Below, piece after piece: positions 38,507-49,676 of a stretch of DNA of 64,000 bases. Position 1 is the stretch's first letter. Each line of letters begins with the position of its first letter. Position numbers and translations under genes: made by a program. The DNA is from Pseudogymnoascus verrucosus (Eukaryota), in the NCBI GenBank assembly GCA_001662655.1, contig KV460220.1. One strand, given 5' to 3'. The notes under the pieces were generated by a model, which saw only the letters and a program-made list of their open reading frames with translations, had not been told where the DNA came from and did not search any database.

Positions 38507-40103
38507 ATTATCCACTGACAGCTTGTCGTGCCTCTGAAGTATTGTTCGCGTCGCGTCGCATCGCTTCTTGTCTGTTGTTTTCTTCGAGGATGGGAAGAGG
38601 AGGAGGTAGATGATCCAAGCTTGCTTTTTTTTATGGAAGAAATCTAGCAGCACTGGGGCGTTTTTTGTTCTGAAAACGGCGTCGTTTTTTTTTAGTTTCC
38701 CCTGCGTTTTAATTCTATCTTGGGCGGGGCGGATGGAAAAGGGTTGAAAAACTGGTGGGTGGGAGAGGAGGATATACAAAGTAGATTACGGATATGGTAT
38801 TTGAGAAGAAGAAGAATTTGAAGGGGGGGGTAATACAAATTACATACACTCTGATTTTGATACCTTTCAGACGTTTTTGACTTTTTGTGAATATGGAAGT
38901 GTGAATAGTTACATCTCGAAATCCCACCCGTCGCAAATGTTTATATAAGAATCGACATCGAAAGGTCGCCGCCTTTGCCGCCCTCCCATCACGATCGATT
39001 GATCCACTCTCGAAACATCGAGAGACATCAGATTTAGGTTTTGGACAAGGCTAGTCTAGCACCACCATGTCACGATACCCTCATTTCTTCAAGTCCCGGT
39101 ACCTGGGTACCCAAAAACCTTAATAAAGTGTGGGACGGCGCCCCGACGATGAAGGTATCGTGAAGGAAAACCAGACTACTGCAGTAGGGAATACAAGCTT
39201 AAAATTCGAGGTGTGAGTGGAACCTGATGCCATCGTGAAAAAAGGTGTGTGTGGACCTCCTGCCCGGGCGCCGGAAAATGAGGGGATCGTGAACCAGCGG
39301 TTACATCCGGGTACGTACTGGGGTGGCGATAAAAAGCAGGGGCCTAAAACAAGTGGAACGGGATGGGATGAGGATGTGAGGGTATCGTGAGGTGGGGCGC
39401 CTTCACGATAGTAGGCAATATTGGACGGAGGCCGGGGCCGAGAAATGGTGTGGCCCGGGGGAGGGTTTTTCCGGGCTGGTGGTGTGGGAGGGTGTGGGTG
39501 GAGAGGTTGGAGAGGTTGGGTGGGTGAGGTGGTGACGACGATGTGGTGGGGTGTTATAAAATAGAGGAATAGAGGATTGGATTTTCGATGAGGTTTGTTG
39601 TGGAAGGGGGGATGAAGGAGTGGGAGGATCGTGAGGTGGTTTGGAGGGTGAGGGGAGTTGTGGGATGAGGGTTGTGATGGTTGGGCTTGGATTTTGAGGT
39701 ATTTGGGATGATATGGGTAGTATGAGTGAGAGATTCGATTTGCAACGGATGTGAGAAGGGAATGGAGATTTATATACTCTGCGCAGGTGTGATAATATAA
39801 ATCCAACTTCACAAGGAACGGGTAACATATTATACCAGTCCCAGAGTATAAACACCAGCCTCGACTCACTCCACAAACCGCACAGCCAGAGTTGACGTCC
39901 CGAGAAACCATCAACTACCCAGCTTTGCCGAACACAACATTTCACCCTCGCCGCCACGCCCGTCAAGGCCATATAAATTGTAGAACTTTCTTGCGAAGGT
40001 AGGCTGGACGTCTAACAACCCTCCGAGATCTCAGGGATAAAATCAACGGTTGCAAAATTGCTCGCCGGAATCTGTGTCTGTCGCTCTCTCTTCCCCTATA
40101 ACT

Positions 40104-40247
40104 TGTCACGATGCCCTTACCCTGTCATCGTATGCCTCTCATCTGTCACCACGCCCGTATCCTGTCACTATACCTTTATTCTGTCACCATTCTCTTATCC
40201 TGTCACGATTCTCCGCAACCTGTCACTAACCCCCCCCCCCCCCCCCC
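40104..40247 (+). repeat. 19-21-bp tandem array (7 units) of the TGTCAC family followed by a poly-C run (array 3)
   Basis: TGTCA at 40104, 40123, 40144, 40163, 40182, 40201, 40221; units such as tgtcacgatgcccttaccc, tgtcaccacgcccgtatcc, tgtcaccattctcttatcc. Confidence 0.85.
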
Positions 40248-41112
40248 GGCGGGAGGGTCAAGCTTCACCCTCATGGCCTTTCCAGCTGCACCGATAACAA
40301 ACGCCGCTCTCGTCGTCCGCCCATTGGGCCCTAGTTGAGCGAGTTTTTTTGCGGTTTACGACAACCCGTCCCGTTTATTTTTCGCCTCTGGGCTTTGTTA
40401 TATATTTTTATATATTTTCTTGGCAGTTTTGTGGAGGAAGCATTCATGCTCGGATGTTTTGCTTGTCATGTATGTTATATTTGGTTCTCCTTCCCTGTCG
40501 ATTTTCGTGTGGACCTCGCTCTTCACCAGGGATAGGTTGTGTGGGAGTTAGATGTATTGCTCTGTACTTCTGGAGAATAATTTGAGACTCTTCGTTCGAC
40601 TTGGAATATAATTTAAAAAAACATTTGAATATAATTATCCATAATTATTAGCCCACCCCGTCGTGATTCCCAGTACGTAGTCGTATCCGTGCAGGCGGGT
40701 CATAGTATCATACTTGTAGAACAGCTCATAATACTACATATTATAATGATAAGAGCCACCTCTTAGCCTGACAAGAACCAGTTAAAATAGACTCACTCAA
40801 AGGCTTAAACACTAGCTTCGACTCATTCCATAGATAGTTTAGGCAGGCAGGGCACGACCATGGCGTCATTAATCAGGAGATATAAATGGAAGGAACGATC
40901 TTGTCATTTGCACTTTCCCTGCAAGGAATAAAGGTTTATATTTAATTCTATCCGGTGGCGAAACGTGTTGTTGTGACCTGCAAAGCTATCTAACTCCACT
41001 AACCACGAAGAATAACCATAACAGCTCCCATCCAACACAGAGTTACCTTTGCCGCTTCTTCTCACCCACCCGCTCTTCTTGCCCAGATAATTGTCACCCC
41101 ACATAACTCCAG

Positions 41113-42093
41113 ATGAGCGTTCCCCGCCTCCCAGCAGAGTCCAGCGACGCACATCTAGATCGCCCAACATGGACCAACCCCGGCGACTGGGGCGCCCGCC
41201 ACATCAGCGACATCGCGCCATTCACACTCTGGGACCCCGTCTCACGTCAGTACCGCATGCCCAAAAATCCCGAATACGAATGGTGCAAGGAGAAATTCGG
41301 CGGCGGCACATTAATGCAACCCGGCTGGTTCACCGCGATCTCCTCCTCCTCTCCTCCCAATCCCGCCCCCCTCACCCTGGGAGGCATGCCGCTTATCTTT
41401 CACCCCCCCGGCGAGGACCCGTGGCGGTATCTCATGCCCAGACTCTACTACGCTAATCCGCGCGTGCCTAATCCGTGTCCGGAGGTGAAGTGGGGGGAAA
41501 TGACGTTCCCGACCAAGGAGCAGAATGCTGCGATACTGAGGGCGCTGGAACCGCTGGCTGCGGTGCAGAAGGTGGTGTATATGCCCTACTGGAGTGTGGC
41601 GGAGCTTAAGGTCAGGGATGGGAGGGAGTATAAGCCTGGCTCCCTGCCTGGGGTTGTGGGGGGGAGGACGATGCTGTATCACCACGCCGAGGAGTCGTTT
41701 TGCGCGTCGATGCCCAGGATTATGGAGTGTCCGCGGCTGCGGGGCGCGAGGTCAGGGAGTTGGTTCGAGGTCGGAGGAGAAGGGGGCGTGGCGCTTCTAG
41801 TGTTCGGGGAGGTGTATGCTAAACCGCGGCCGCCGATGGGTGGTGGTGGCGAGGCGGTTGGGTTTGAGGAGTGGGAGGTTAGGTCGCTGTGTGCGGTTTT
41901 TGGGGACGTGAGAGATGATATGAGGGGGAGAGCGATTGTGAGGTGTGAGACGGGGGAGGTGGTGGGGGGGTTCGATTTGGTGGATGGGGTGGTGGAGTGT
42001 GTTGCTGGGGGGTGGGATGGGGAAGATGGGGAGGGGTGGGTGGTTGTGAAGGTTGGTGGATTTGGATTTCTATTTGTTCTACCCATTCGTTGA
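41113..42093 (+). CDS. Hypothetical protein, 326 aa, intronless; possibly an internally shortened member of a fungal family
   Basis: Uninterrupted ATG-started ORF with protein-like composition (PPNPAPLTLGGMPLIF, YKPGSLPGVVGGRTMLYHH); very G-rich 3' half. Confidence 0.6.
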   Translation: MSVPRLPAESSDAHLDRPTWTNPGDWGARHISDIAPFTLWDPVSRQYRMPKNPEYEWCKEKFGGGTLMQPGWFTAISSSSPPNPAPLTLGGMPLIFHPPGEDPWRYLMPRLYYANPRVPNPCPEVKWGEMTFPTKEQNAAILRALEPLAAVQKVVYMPYWSVAELKVRDGREYKPGSLPGVVGGRTMLYHHAEESFCASMPRIMECPRLRGARSGSWFEVGGEGGVALLVFGEVYAKPRPPMGGGGEAVGFEEWEVRSLCAVFGDVRDDMRGRAIVRCETGEVVGGFDLVDGVVECVAGGWDGEDGEGWVVVKVGGFGFLFVLPIR

Positions 42094-42235
42094 TCGTTTT
42101 GGGATTAGAAGTTATCCAGTTGGCAAAAGATCCCGAGGGATTGCCCATAACAGCTAAGTTTACAGCAAATATAATTCAGATAAAGGGGCTAATCAAACAG
42201 GTCTACAATCAATAAGCCGGTTACTCAGAACCGAG

Positions 42236-42625
42236 ACGAGAGAGACAAGTTATATTGGGAGAGCACCAAAGTGCTTACTCTAGTCGATATTTAGGCGTCT
42301 GTTATAGATTGTGAGGCCCTGTAAACTGCCCAGCACGTAGAAAGCACGTAGAATGAAGCCGCTGAGGTGGTATCGATGAAGGTGACGAAGCAGATGTGCT
42401 TGTCCGGAATGTATCAGATGTGGTGTGTAAATCCACCCCTAATAACGGTGCAAATATCGTCGGTGGTCATCTTAGAGCGCATTAATACAGTCGGCTCCGT
42501 TCATAACATAGGCATAACTAGGGACAAATCCCAAGATACTGCGCTGCAATCTGGTGTTGAGTCTTGGGGACGTACGGGCAACAATCCTTGCGGTAATATA
42601 CCTTGTGTGGTGACCGCCAGTTCAA
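42236..42625 (-). pseudogene. Decayed fragment of an Nrd1 (S. pombe)/Mrn1 (S. cerevisiae)-family multi-RRM RNA-binding protein gene
   Basis: WRSPHKVYYRKDCCPYVPKTQHQIAAQYLGI/VPSYAYVMNGAD...TTDDICTVIRGGFTHHI*YIPDKHICFVTFIDTTSAASFYVL/GSLQGLTIYNRRLNID*SKHFGALP; stops, frameshifts and an internal deletion. Confidence 0.85.
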
Positions 42626-42869
42626 GTTGCTGGTATTAATTCCAAGCCATGAACATCCAATCTTCAGACTCTTAGTTGACACGAATACTATAGCTTATAA
42701 GAGAATAATAGCTCGCAAGGGTCCAGTAAACCATGGTCCTGGACGATAATCATGTGTTAATATGAATCCGCGTACTACTATTATTTTAGTTTTCTCTTAA
42801 TAGAAAAACTTGCACTTTCTTTCAAAAATATACTTGAATCCACGCCAACTAAATAATACCGATATAAAG

Positions 42870-43382
42870 ATGGAGAAAAATAAACCTGCAGTAGAGGTAA
42901 TACGGGGCCTCTACCTCTCATCATTTCCTGACGAGATCGACAAGAAATACACATGTGTTCTCAACCTGTGCATGACACCACACGAATACGGCTCCCATGC
43001 CTCTCCCAGACCGGAGATCCTCCACATCCAACTACTCGACTGGGACGATATCACGCCCTATATCCAACTGATCCTACAGTTCATCAATGCCGCGCTCCAG
43101 CACCCCCAAAACAGAGTGCTTGTTCACTGTGCACTTGGGGTTAACCGTTCAGCGGCTGCAGTCACGGCTTATCTCTGCCACCAGAATAAGTCAAATTCCA
43201 GGGCTGCCTTGGAATATTTAAAGAGTAGGAAACCGGATGTTCAGCCTTCGGTTATGTTTCTTCAGCAAATTGATAGGTATTTTGGCTATGGCGATACTTT
43301 TGGGATAGATCCCATGGTGGCTTTCCATGAGCGCTTACGAAAGAGGAAAGAACGGATGGCAGTGGACAGAAATAGTGTATAA
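42870..43382 (+). CDS. Dual-specificity protein phosphatase (atypical, small, intronless)
   Basis: VIRGLYLS, VLNLC, LLDWDDI (general acid), VLVHCALGVNRSAAAVTAYL (CX5R), RKPDVQPSVMFLQQI. Confidence 0.88.
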   Translation: MEKNKPAVEVIRGLYLSSFPDEIDKKYTCVLNLCMTPHEYGSHASPRPEILHIQLLDWDDITPYIQLILQFINAALQHPQNRVLVHCALGVNRSAAAVTAYLCHQNKSNSRAALEYLKSRKPDVQPSVMFLQQIDRYFGYGDTFGIDPMVAFHERLRKRKERMAVDRNSV

Positions 43383-43401
43383 AACGTAACATTGATATCG
43401 A

Positions 43402-44258
43402 CTAGACTAGAGTGATAGTCCCTCCCGTTCTTGCCTCGATATCGGCAATAATGTCAGCAGCGGGGGTAATGTAGCCAGCATATTCAGAATCACTCCCGAC
43501 TACCATCCCAACCCATTCCTTCTTGACATTAAACACCATCGATCCATCATCACCACCTTCCGCAAACTCCCATTTAAAAGATATCACCTCAACCTCCTTC
43601 GAGACCACGCCATCACCCCAACACACCGTCCGCTTCATGCTATTCACCCGCCCAGCAGTCCCCATGCGCCGGCGTGAACCTTCCCAGCCCAGGAAAATGC
43701 CACGGGATCGCTGGTCCGTGAAATGACATCGCCGGGCTCGGTTCTATAGTGGTAAGCGAACTCTGGTACGCGGGAAATCGTGTAATTAAATTTTGAGTCG
43801 TCGGGTGGCGTGTTGAGCACCGCATCCTTGGAGGGGTGGAGTGCAACTAACGCCCAGTCCATACGATGGCGTTTCTCTCCAGCGCTGCTGTGTCGCAGAC
43901 CTGATGCATGGATAACCTCCCCAATCACCCCCTCTCGCTCAATGAGGGCCACAAGACTCGCATAATGGAATTTCTTAAGGCGTGTACCTTTTTTAGCATA
44001 CTCAGCAAGTTGTTCCTTCGTATACTCCCCGTCGCAACACGCGGGATACGCGATTTCGATTCGCCGGCCCACTGCCCGTCCGTCAAAGCCAATGCCGAGC
44101 TCATCGTTAACAGCCCGGCCAATAGGATCTCCTGAAGCAACGGCATGGTAGGATCTTAGAAGACACTTTTGCGGCTCTCCCCCGCCTCGAGGTTGAAAGT
44201 TTACTACCGCCCCTAGGCTCCCTGAGTCTGTGTCGCTGAGTTGAGGGCTAATCGATCA
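43402..44258 (-). pseudogene. Trypsin-like (Ssy5/Nal1-like) serine protease pseudogene
   Basis: SISP...GSLGAVV...KCLLRSYHAV (His), MDWALV (Asp), FAEGGDDGSMVF (Ser replaced by Asp), YITPAADIIADIE; in-frame TGA at 44258-44256 and a frameshift near 43670. A possible 5' exon extends to ~44493. Confidence 0.75.
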
Positions 44259-45985
44259 ACCGTAAAAGGGCGAGTTTTATCGTCATGAGGCCAGGAAACG
44301 GGGATCTTGTTTGTTGGGGCGAATCGAAAACGGTCCTTTTTGGCGACGTATTGCTCGATGGAGCAAGGACCAACTGTGGAGAGATGGATTAGTATGGTAA
44401 ATTATAGATAAGGGGCGAGATTAACATACGATCAGGACTCTTGGAGGACGAAGTGTTTGAAACCAACTTTCTCGTTTTGCAGTGTATAGTCATGGTGGCG
44501 AACTTGATATGTCTGCTGAGTTGGGATGTGGCAAGTGTCTGTGGTAGAAGAGTAAGTTATTTGGATAAAAATGAAGGTGGCTTATCCAGATCTTATAACA
44601 ATATGCTAGATCATAGGAGTCATAAGCTATTTTAGATAACCTCCGGACTAACAGCTACGTGCCGTTAAATGGACCCCTAGATCCAAGCATTTGTAGAACT
44701 GGACTTGTGTGACACATATTGTAAGGCCACCTTAGATCTTGCGGCGTCATAGGCAAGCAAAAGGCCTCTTTTGTCAAGATTATTCACCAGCCGCAGAATG
44801 TTCGTAGAAGTGATGGAACTGGTAGGAGTGGTCGCAGTAGAATAAGTGATGGTAGTCGTAGGTGATCGTACTCGTAGAACTGATTATAGAAACGCTAATA
44901 GAAACGGCAATTCTCTCTCGCTCTCTCTATATATATGAGTAAACATGCAAGACAGACAGTACGAGATCGGGCAATCACCTTTCCACGAAACTCGTCCACT
45001 AAGCAAATGTTTCCATCAAAGAAACCTCGAACAAGCACCCAACTTGGGACAGGCTCTCGGGTTCACTGGACGCTTACCTTCACCTCGACAAGCTAGCCCA
45101 AGACAACTGAGAGAAGCAGAAAATGCCCAGGGCCGACGGACATACGAGGCCCGCAGGTCAGTTATCATGCTGGTAAGCTCGCCCGCAAGCACCTGGGCAC
45201 AAGCAGACGCTTAAGCCGTGGCGGTTTGATCAATTAATGACTCCAGGCTTTGATATCTGACAGCTCAGTCGGCCAATAAATTCAGCGTGCACGGAACGCC
45301 CTCCTAGATCAGGCTAACATGCAGGCTCGGTGAGAGCAAGCGGAGCATCTCAACGACATTATATTCGTTGAAATAGAGCTAGCGGGGTTCTCCTTTTCCA
45401 TTTCAACTAGCTTGAGCAAGCTGAGCACCTCTCGTCACGTAAACAACTACACGAAATCAAACCGACGGTTCACACACAACACTGACAACAACGAACACAA
45501 GAACGAGATTAGAATGAGACCGCACTCGATAGAAGAATGGACTCGACTAAAGAAAGAAACCATGAAGAAGGAACTTGGCCAAAGAAAGAAACCAACCCAA
45601 GAACGAACCCGACCCAAGAAAGAACTCACCTCAAGAGTAAACTCACAGATTGTCCGATCACCATACGACACCCACATAACACCCACAAATCACATTCACC
45701 AAAGTAAGCCACACACACCAGACAAATACATTAACAACTTCTCCATTCAACCACAACTAACTATCGTAGCGCGGCACAACACAGAGATCCAGGTTCCGCA
45801 GGGTATCATCGATCCATCTCGGCGCCACGCGCGGGTATAAACGAGAGATAGAACACGACAACAAAAGGCAGGCTTCGCGCCACATAAAAAGACATGAGAC
45901 TCGTTAGCGTCCCTGGCCCCACACACACATATCAGCACAATCGAGGTGCGCGCGTGCGGAGGCAGGGAGGCAACGTGGAGTGCAT

Positions 45986-46841
45986 TTAGGCAGCAGTGGC
46001 AGCTGGGGCAGCAGCGACCTCCTCGACCTTGGTCTCGGCGGCGGCGGCGGTCTCGGGCACGGCCTCGGCGACTGGGGCTGGTGAAAGGGTTAGTCTAAGT
46101 CAGGTTCAAGCGAACAAAGGATTCTTACCGGCGGCGGCCTCAACCTTCTCCTCAACTGGGGCGGCAACAGCGGCGACCTCCTCAGTGGCAGCTGGGGCAG
46201 CAGCCTCGACTGGGGCGGCCTCAGCAACTGGGGCAACAGCAGCCTCAGTGATGGTAGCAGCTGGGGCGGCAGCGGCCTCAGGGGCAGCAACGACTGGGGC
46301 AACCTCAGCGACTGGGGCGGCCTCAGTAATGGTAGCAGCTGGGGCAGCGGTCTCAGGGGCAGCAGCGTCGACGGCCTTGGCAGCCTCGGCGACGGGGGCA
46401 GCCTCGGTGGCAACAGCTGAGGTTCGTTAGCGCCGCAATTACATCGGGATATTTGTCCTGCGACTCTATATCCCCACTTCTCCAGGATGTCGCCAAGATC
46501 GTTCTACGGATTTCGGATCCACATACCGGTATCAGCTGGTGCAGCGGCCGCGGGCGCGGTCTCGGTCGGCTTGTCGTCCGTGGTTGCGGTGGCAGCTACG
46601 GCGGCTGGGGCAGCAGCAGCTGCGGCGGCGGGTTTGGCTTCGGTGGTCTTGGACTTCTTGCTGGACTTGAAGAAGCTCTTGCACTTGGCCTTCAGGTTGG
46701 CGATCGCATTGGGAGCTGTGGAAGGGGTCAGCGGGTGTGTTTGGGGTGAGGCGCGTGGCGCGTTGTACGAGAAGGTCAGGAAGGTCGGGGTGAGGTTTGA
46801 AGGTGCGCACGCGACGAGGGAGACTTACGAACGCCAGGCAT
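45986..46841 (-). CDS. Small Ala/Pro/Glu/Thr-rich disordered protein with a basic N-terminal segment, 193 aa
   Basis: Exons 46841-46829, 46715-46527, 46416-46129, 46077-45986 (582 nt); canonical GT-AG introns with CTRAC branch sites; MPGVPPNAIANLKAKCKSFFKSSKKSKTTEAKPAAAA...EAAPVAE repeats...APAATAA*. Confidence 0.85.
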
Positions 46842-47822
46842 GATGACGGTTGGGTGGTTGGAAACTTGAGGGTGATGGTATAAGGGAGTTGAAGAAGGAT
46901 GCGCAAGGCGTGAGCTTGAAGGTCGAGGTGGGCTTTGCGTGTGCGCGGAGCGGTTATTGTTGTGAATGTTGGGGAGATGAGAGTGTGAGCGAGATATACC
47001 CCAAGCTCGACGGCGCCGAGCACCAAGCGACGGTCGAATTGGGGTTAGGTTAATTTGTGGCTTAAATTGAGACGGGGCTATACTAAGGGAGATGGGCCCA
47101 TGCAAGCGTCGCAAGAGAATGGGCGATACGCTTTGGACTTCATGGAGCGCGTCTTACGGGAGGAAATATTTGAGATACGGCGGCGTTCTTCAGATCTTAC
47201 CTATGTCGTATTCCCAACAAAAATCCAGAGCCAGAGCCAGAGCCAATTTCTTTGGCAGGAACGACTTATTGTTGGATGTACGATGTACTGTATGTAGTAC
47301 GCTGTACGATGTACGGCATGGCATGCATGCACTGCCCTGTACTAACTGCACTAACTATACATCAGACAAGGGGAAAGCTTGTACACGGGATTAGATAAGC
47401 ACACAGGTCCACCAGGTCCGGGGAAATGTCTCACTGGCGTCAGATTACCATAGTAATGCGGTGGTACGTGTGGTTTGTGGTACTTCTATCAGCGACGGTG
47501 AGCCTTATCGTGCGATCAATCGTCCACATTGACAAATTAACTTGCATAGGGGTTGTTGGTTGGTTGGTGAGCATGCACGGAATACAATGGTGAGATGGGA
47601 AGATGGGGTGATGAGACACCAGACCGTTAAGATCCACAGTTAAGATTTTCAAGAGGCTTGATAGCGCATCATTATTTCCCCTGCTTATATGCTGCCTATA
47701 GAGCCAGATGGGATGCAACGAGATGCGATGGGATGCTATTTATGATCCGGATGAGCTCTGGAGGGATGGCTATTATACTAAATGCTTTATGCATTACTAT
47801 CTATAGTTCGCCTGGCTACAGT

Positions 47823-49383
47823 TCACCTGGGCCCTGTTGCCCACGGCGCTCTTGTCGGCACATTACCTGGCAGTGGCGCCGAGCCGGACCCCGACGCAGC
47901 CCAAGGAGCACGAGTTGGCACCGAGCCATCAGCTTGGGGAGGAGCAGCAGAAGCAGGCTTTGCCCACGGTGCTGCCGTTGCTACACCCGCCTGAGGAGGA
48001 GCATTTGGGATGGTAGTGGCTGGAGCATTGGCCCATGGAGCGCGTGTACCTTCCTGCGGCACTGGACGACTTGTCGGCGCACCGCTCGTGTTTCCGCTGA
48101 CGGAGATGGTGTGGGATGATGGCTGGTTGGATGTGTGTACTGTGGCGGCAGCTGCTGCTGCATTTGGATCGCGCTCAAAGCTGAACAAAGACCCGAAGTT
48201 GAAGTGCTGGACCACTGGGAATTTGGACAGCACTTCGGCATTGTACATTTTGATCATGCCCTGGCGCTTTGTTAGAAAGGTTCAGACGGGCTTTGAAATG
48301 CATTCACATACCTTGTTGACTTTCCCCCAACCCGCGCGCACCCCAGATATATCGAAGAGTATTGGACTGTGCTCCCAGAACGGCCCCGTCTTGACATCGT
48401 TGATGAAGCCAATGGCCGCGAAGTACATATTCTTCTTTCTCTCTTGGTCAACAATATTTTTCTTGATGACAGACGCAGGGTTCGGTGCATCTGGTAGTGA
48501 TCCCTCTACTGGCATGGGCTGTCCATCTTGGATTGCAGGACTATATTGAGCCGATCCAAAAATATAAGATAAGAAAAAATGGTCATCCAGACCCCAGACG
48601 CCGTGAGAGCCAGCGGGCTCGAGGGAATACGTGAGAACTAATCGACGGATAACATTCAGGTAACTGAAAAATGAAATTTAGCATAGGAAAATAACTTAGG
48701 AATGCCACAACCTACGGTTCGAAGACCCCAAGTACTATACTCCTCTCCAAACGACCATCATCAGATATTTCGTTTCCTGCCGTAAACCCACCAAGCTTCC
48801 ATAGACATCCCAAGAATGCCAGAAAACTCAGCTCGTGGCCTGTACCAAAATCTAGCCTCTGTGAGCTCCCAAACCCGCCCAGCAGGTATGAAGTAAGCTC
48901 ATCTTCCGCGGTAGCCTCTCCCGGTGACCCAGCATCGAGAATCTCAACAGGAACATGCCGCCTCAGAATCGTGCCCACCCTGGACTCAAGAAGCTCATGC
49001 CACCTCCTGAAACTGATATTTCCAAACCTCCTCGGCCCAGTATCTGGAGGTGCTTCATCGATGATAGCTTCGATCGTCTTCAGCATCTCTTGAATCTCCT
49101 TTACTAATCCCGAAACTGCGAAGTCACTGCTACCCAGCTCCCATGTCTTTACTTGCGTCTTACCATCCACCTCAACTTTCCTAGGACACATAGCGGTGTC
49201 AAGCTGCATCACAAAGGTTCCTATGTCACTATATGCACGTGAGGTGAGGAAGTGGGGGACATCGTGCCCCTCATTGATCCTCTTCACTGGCTTGATAAAG
49301 GTATGCGGCTTCGACAGGTCCATTATTGAAAGCCTGGGTAGCTTGCTTTGTGCGGACCCGCGGGCGCCATGTGCTTCTGCCAT
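47823..49383 (-). CDS. RRD1: Serine/threonine-protein phosphatase 2A activator (PTPA) Rrd1/Ypa1
   Basis: [84 protein letters not shown]-terminal T(R/A)APWA repeats; two introns. Confidence 0.92.
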
Positions 49384-49676
49384 ACTGATTATTGTTGCAA
49401 TCTGTTGGCTTTCTGCTGTGAAGCTGTTGGGTTGACCCTGCCATATGGAATGTTCTGTGTTGACATGACGTGGGGGAAGGGTAAGCGAGTCGCGTCTACC
49501 ACCGATAACGACGAGCTATCCGCGACAAAGGAACCTTGGGAACTACGTATGCGCTCGGCTTGCGGGACCGACGTCGAGCTTTGAATATGGTAACTTGGAT
49601 TGACAACAGTATAAATTAAGCTTTGAAATTAACTGAGATCTGAGTGCCTGGGCTTTCGTCTTGGTGTTCCTCTCCA

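Noticed and set aside
37763..38779. 338-aa antisense ORF over the SDR gene
   Set aside because: Shadow ORF caused by strong C-ending codon bias of the sense gene; no independent motifs.
40104..40230. CRISPR-like array
   Set aside because: Eukaryotic context, period only ~19 bp, units homologous along their whole length with no unique spacers, no cas genes.
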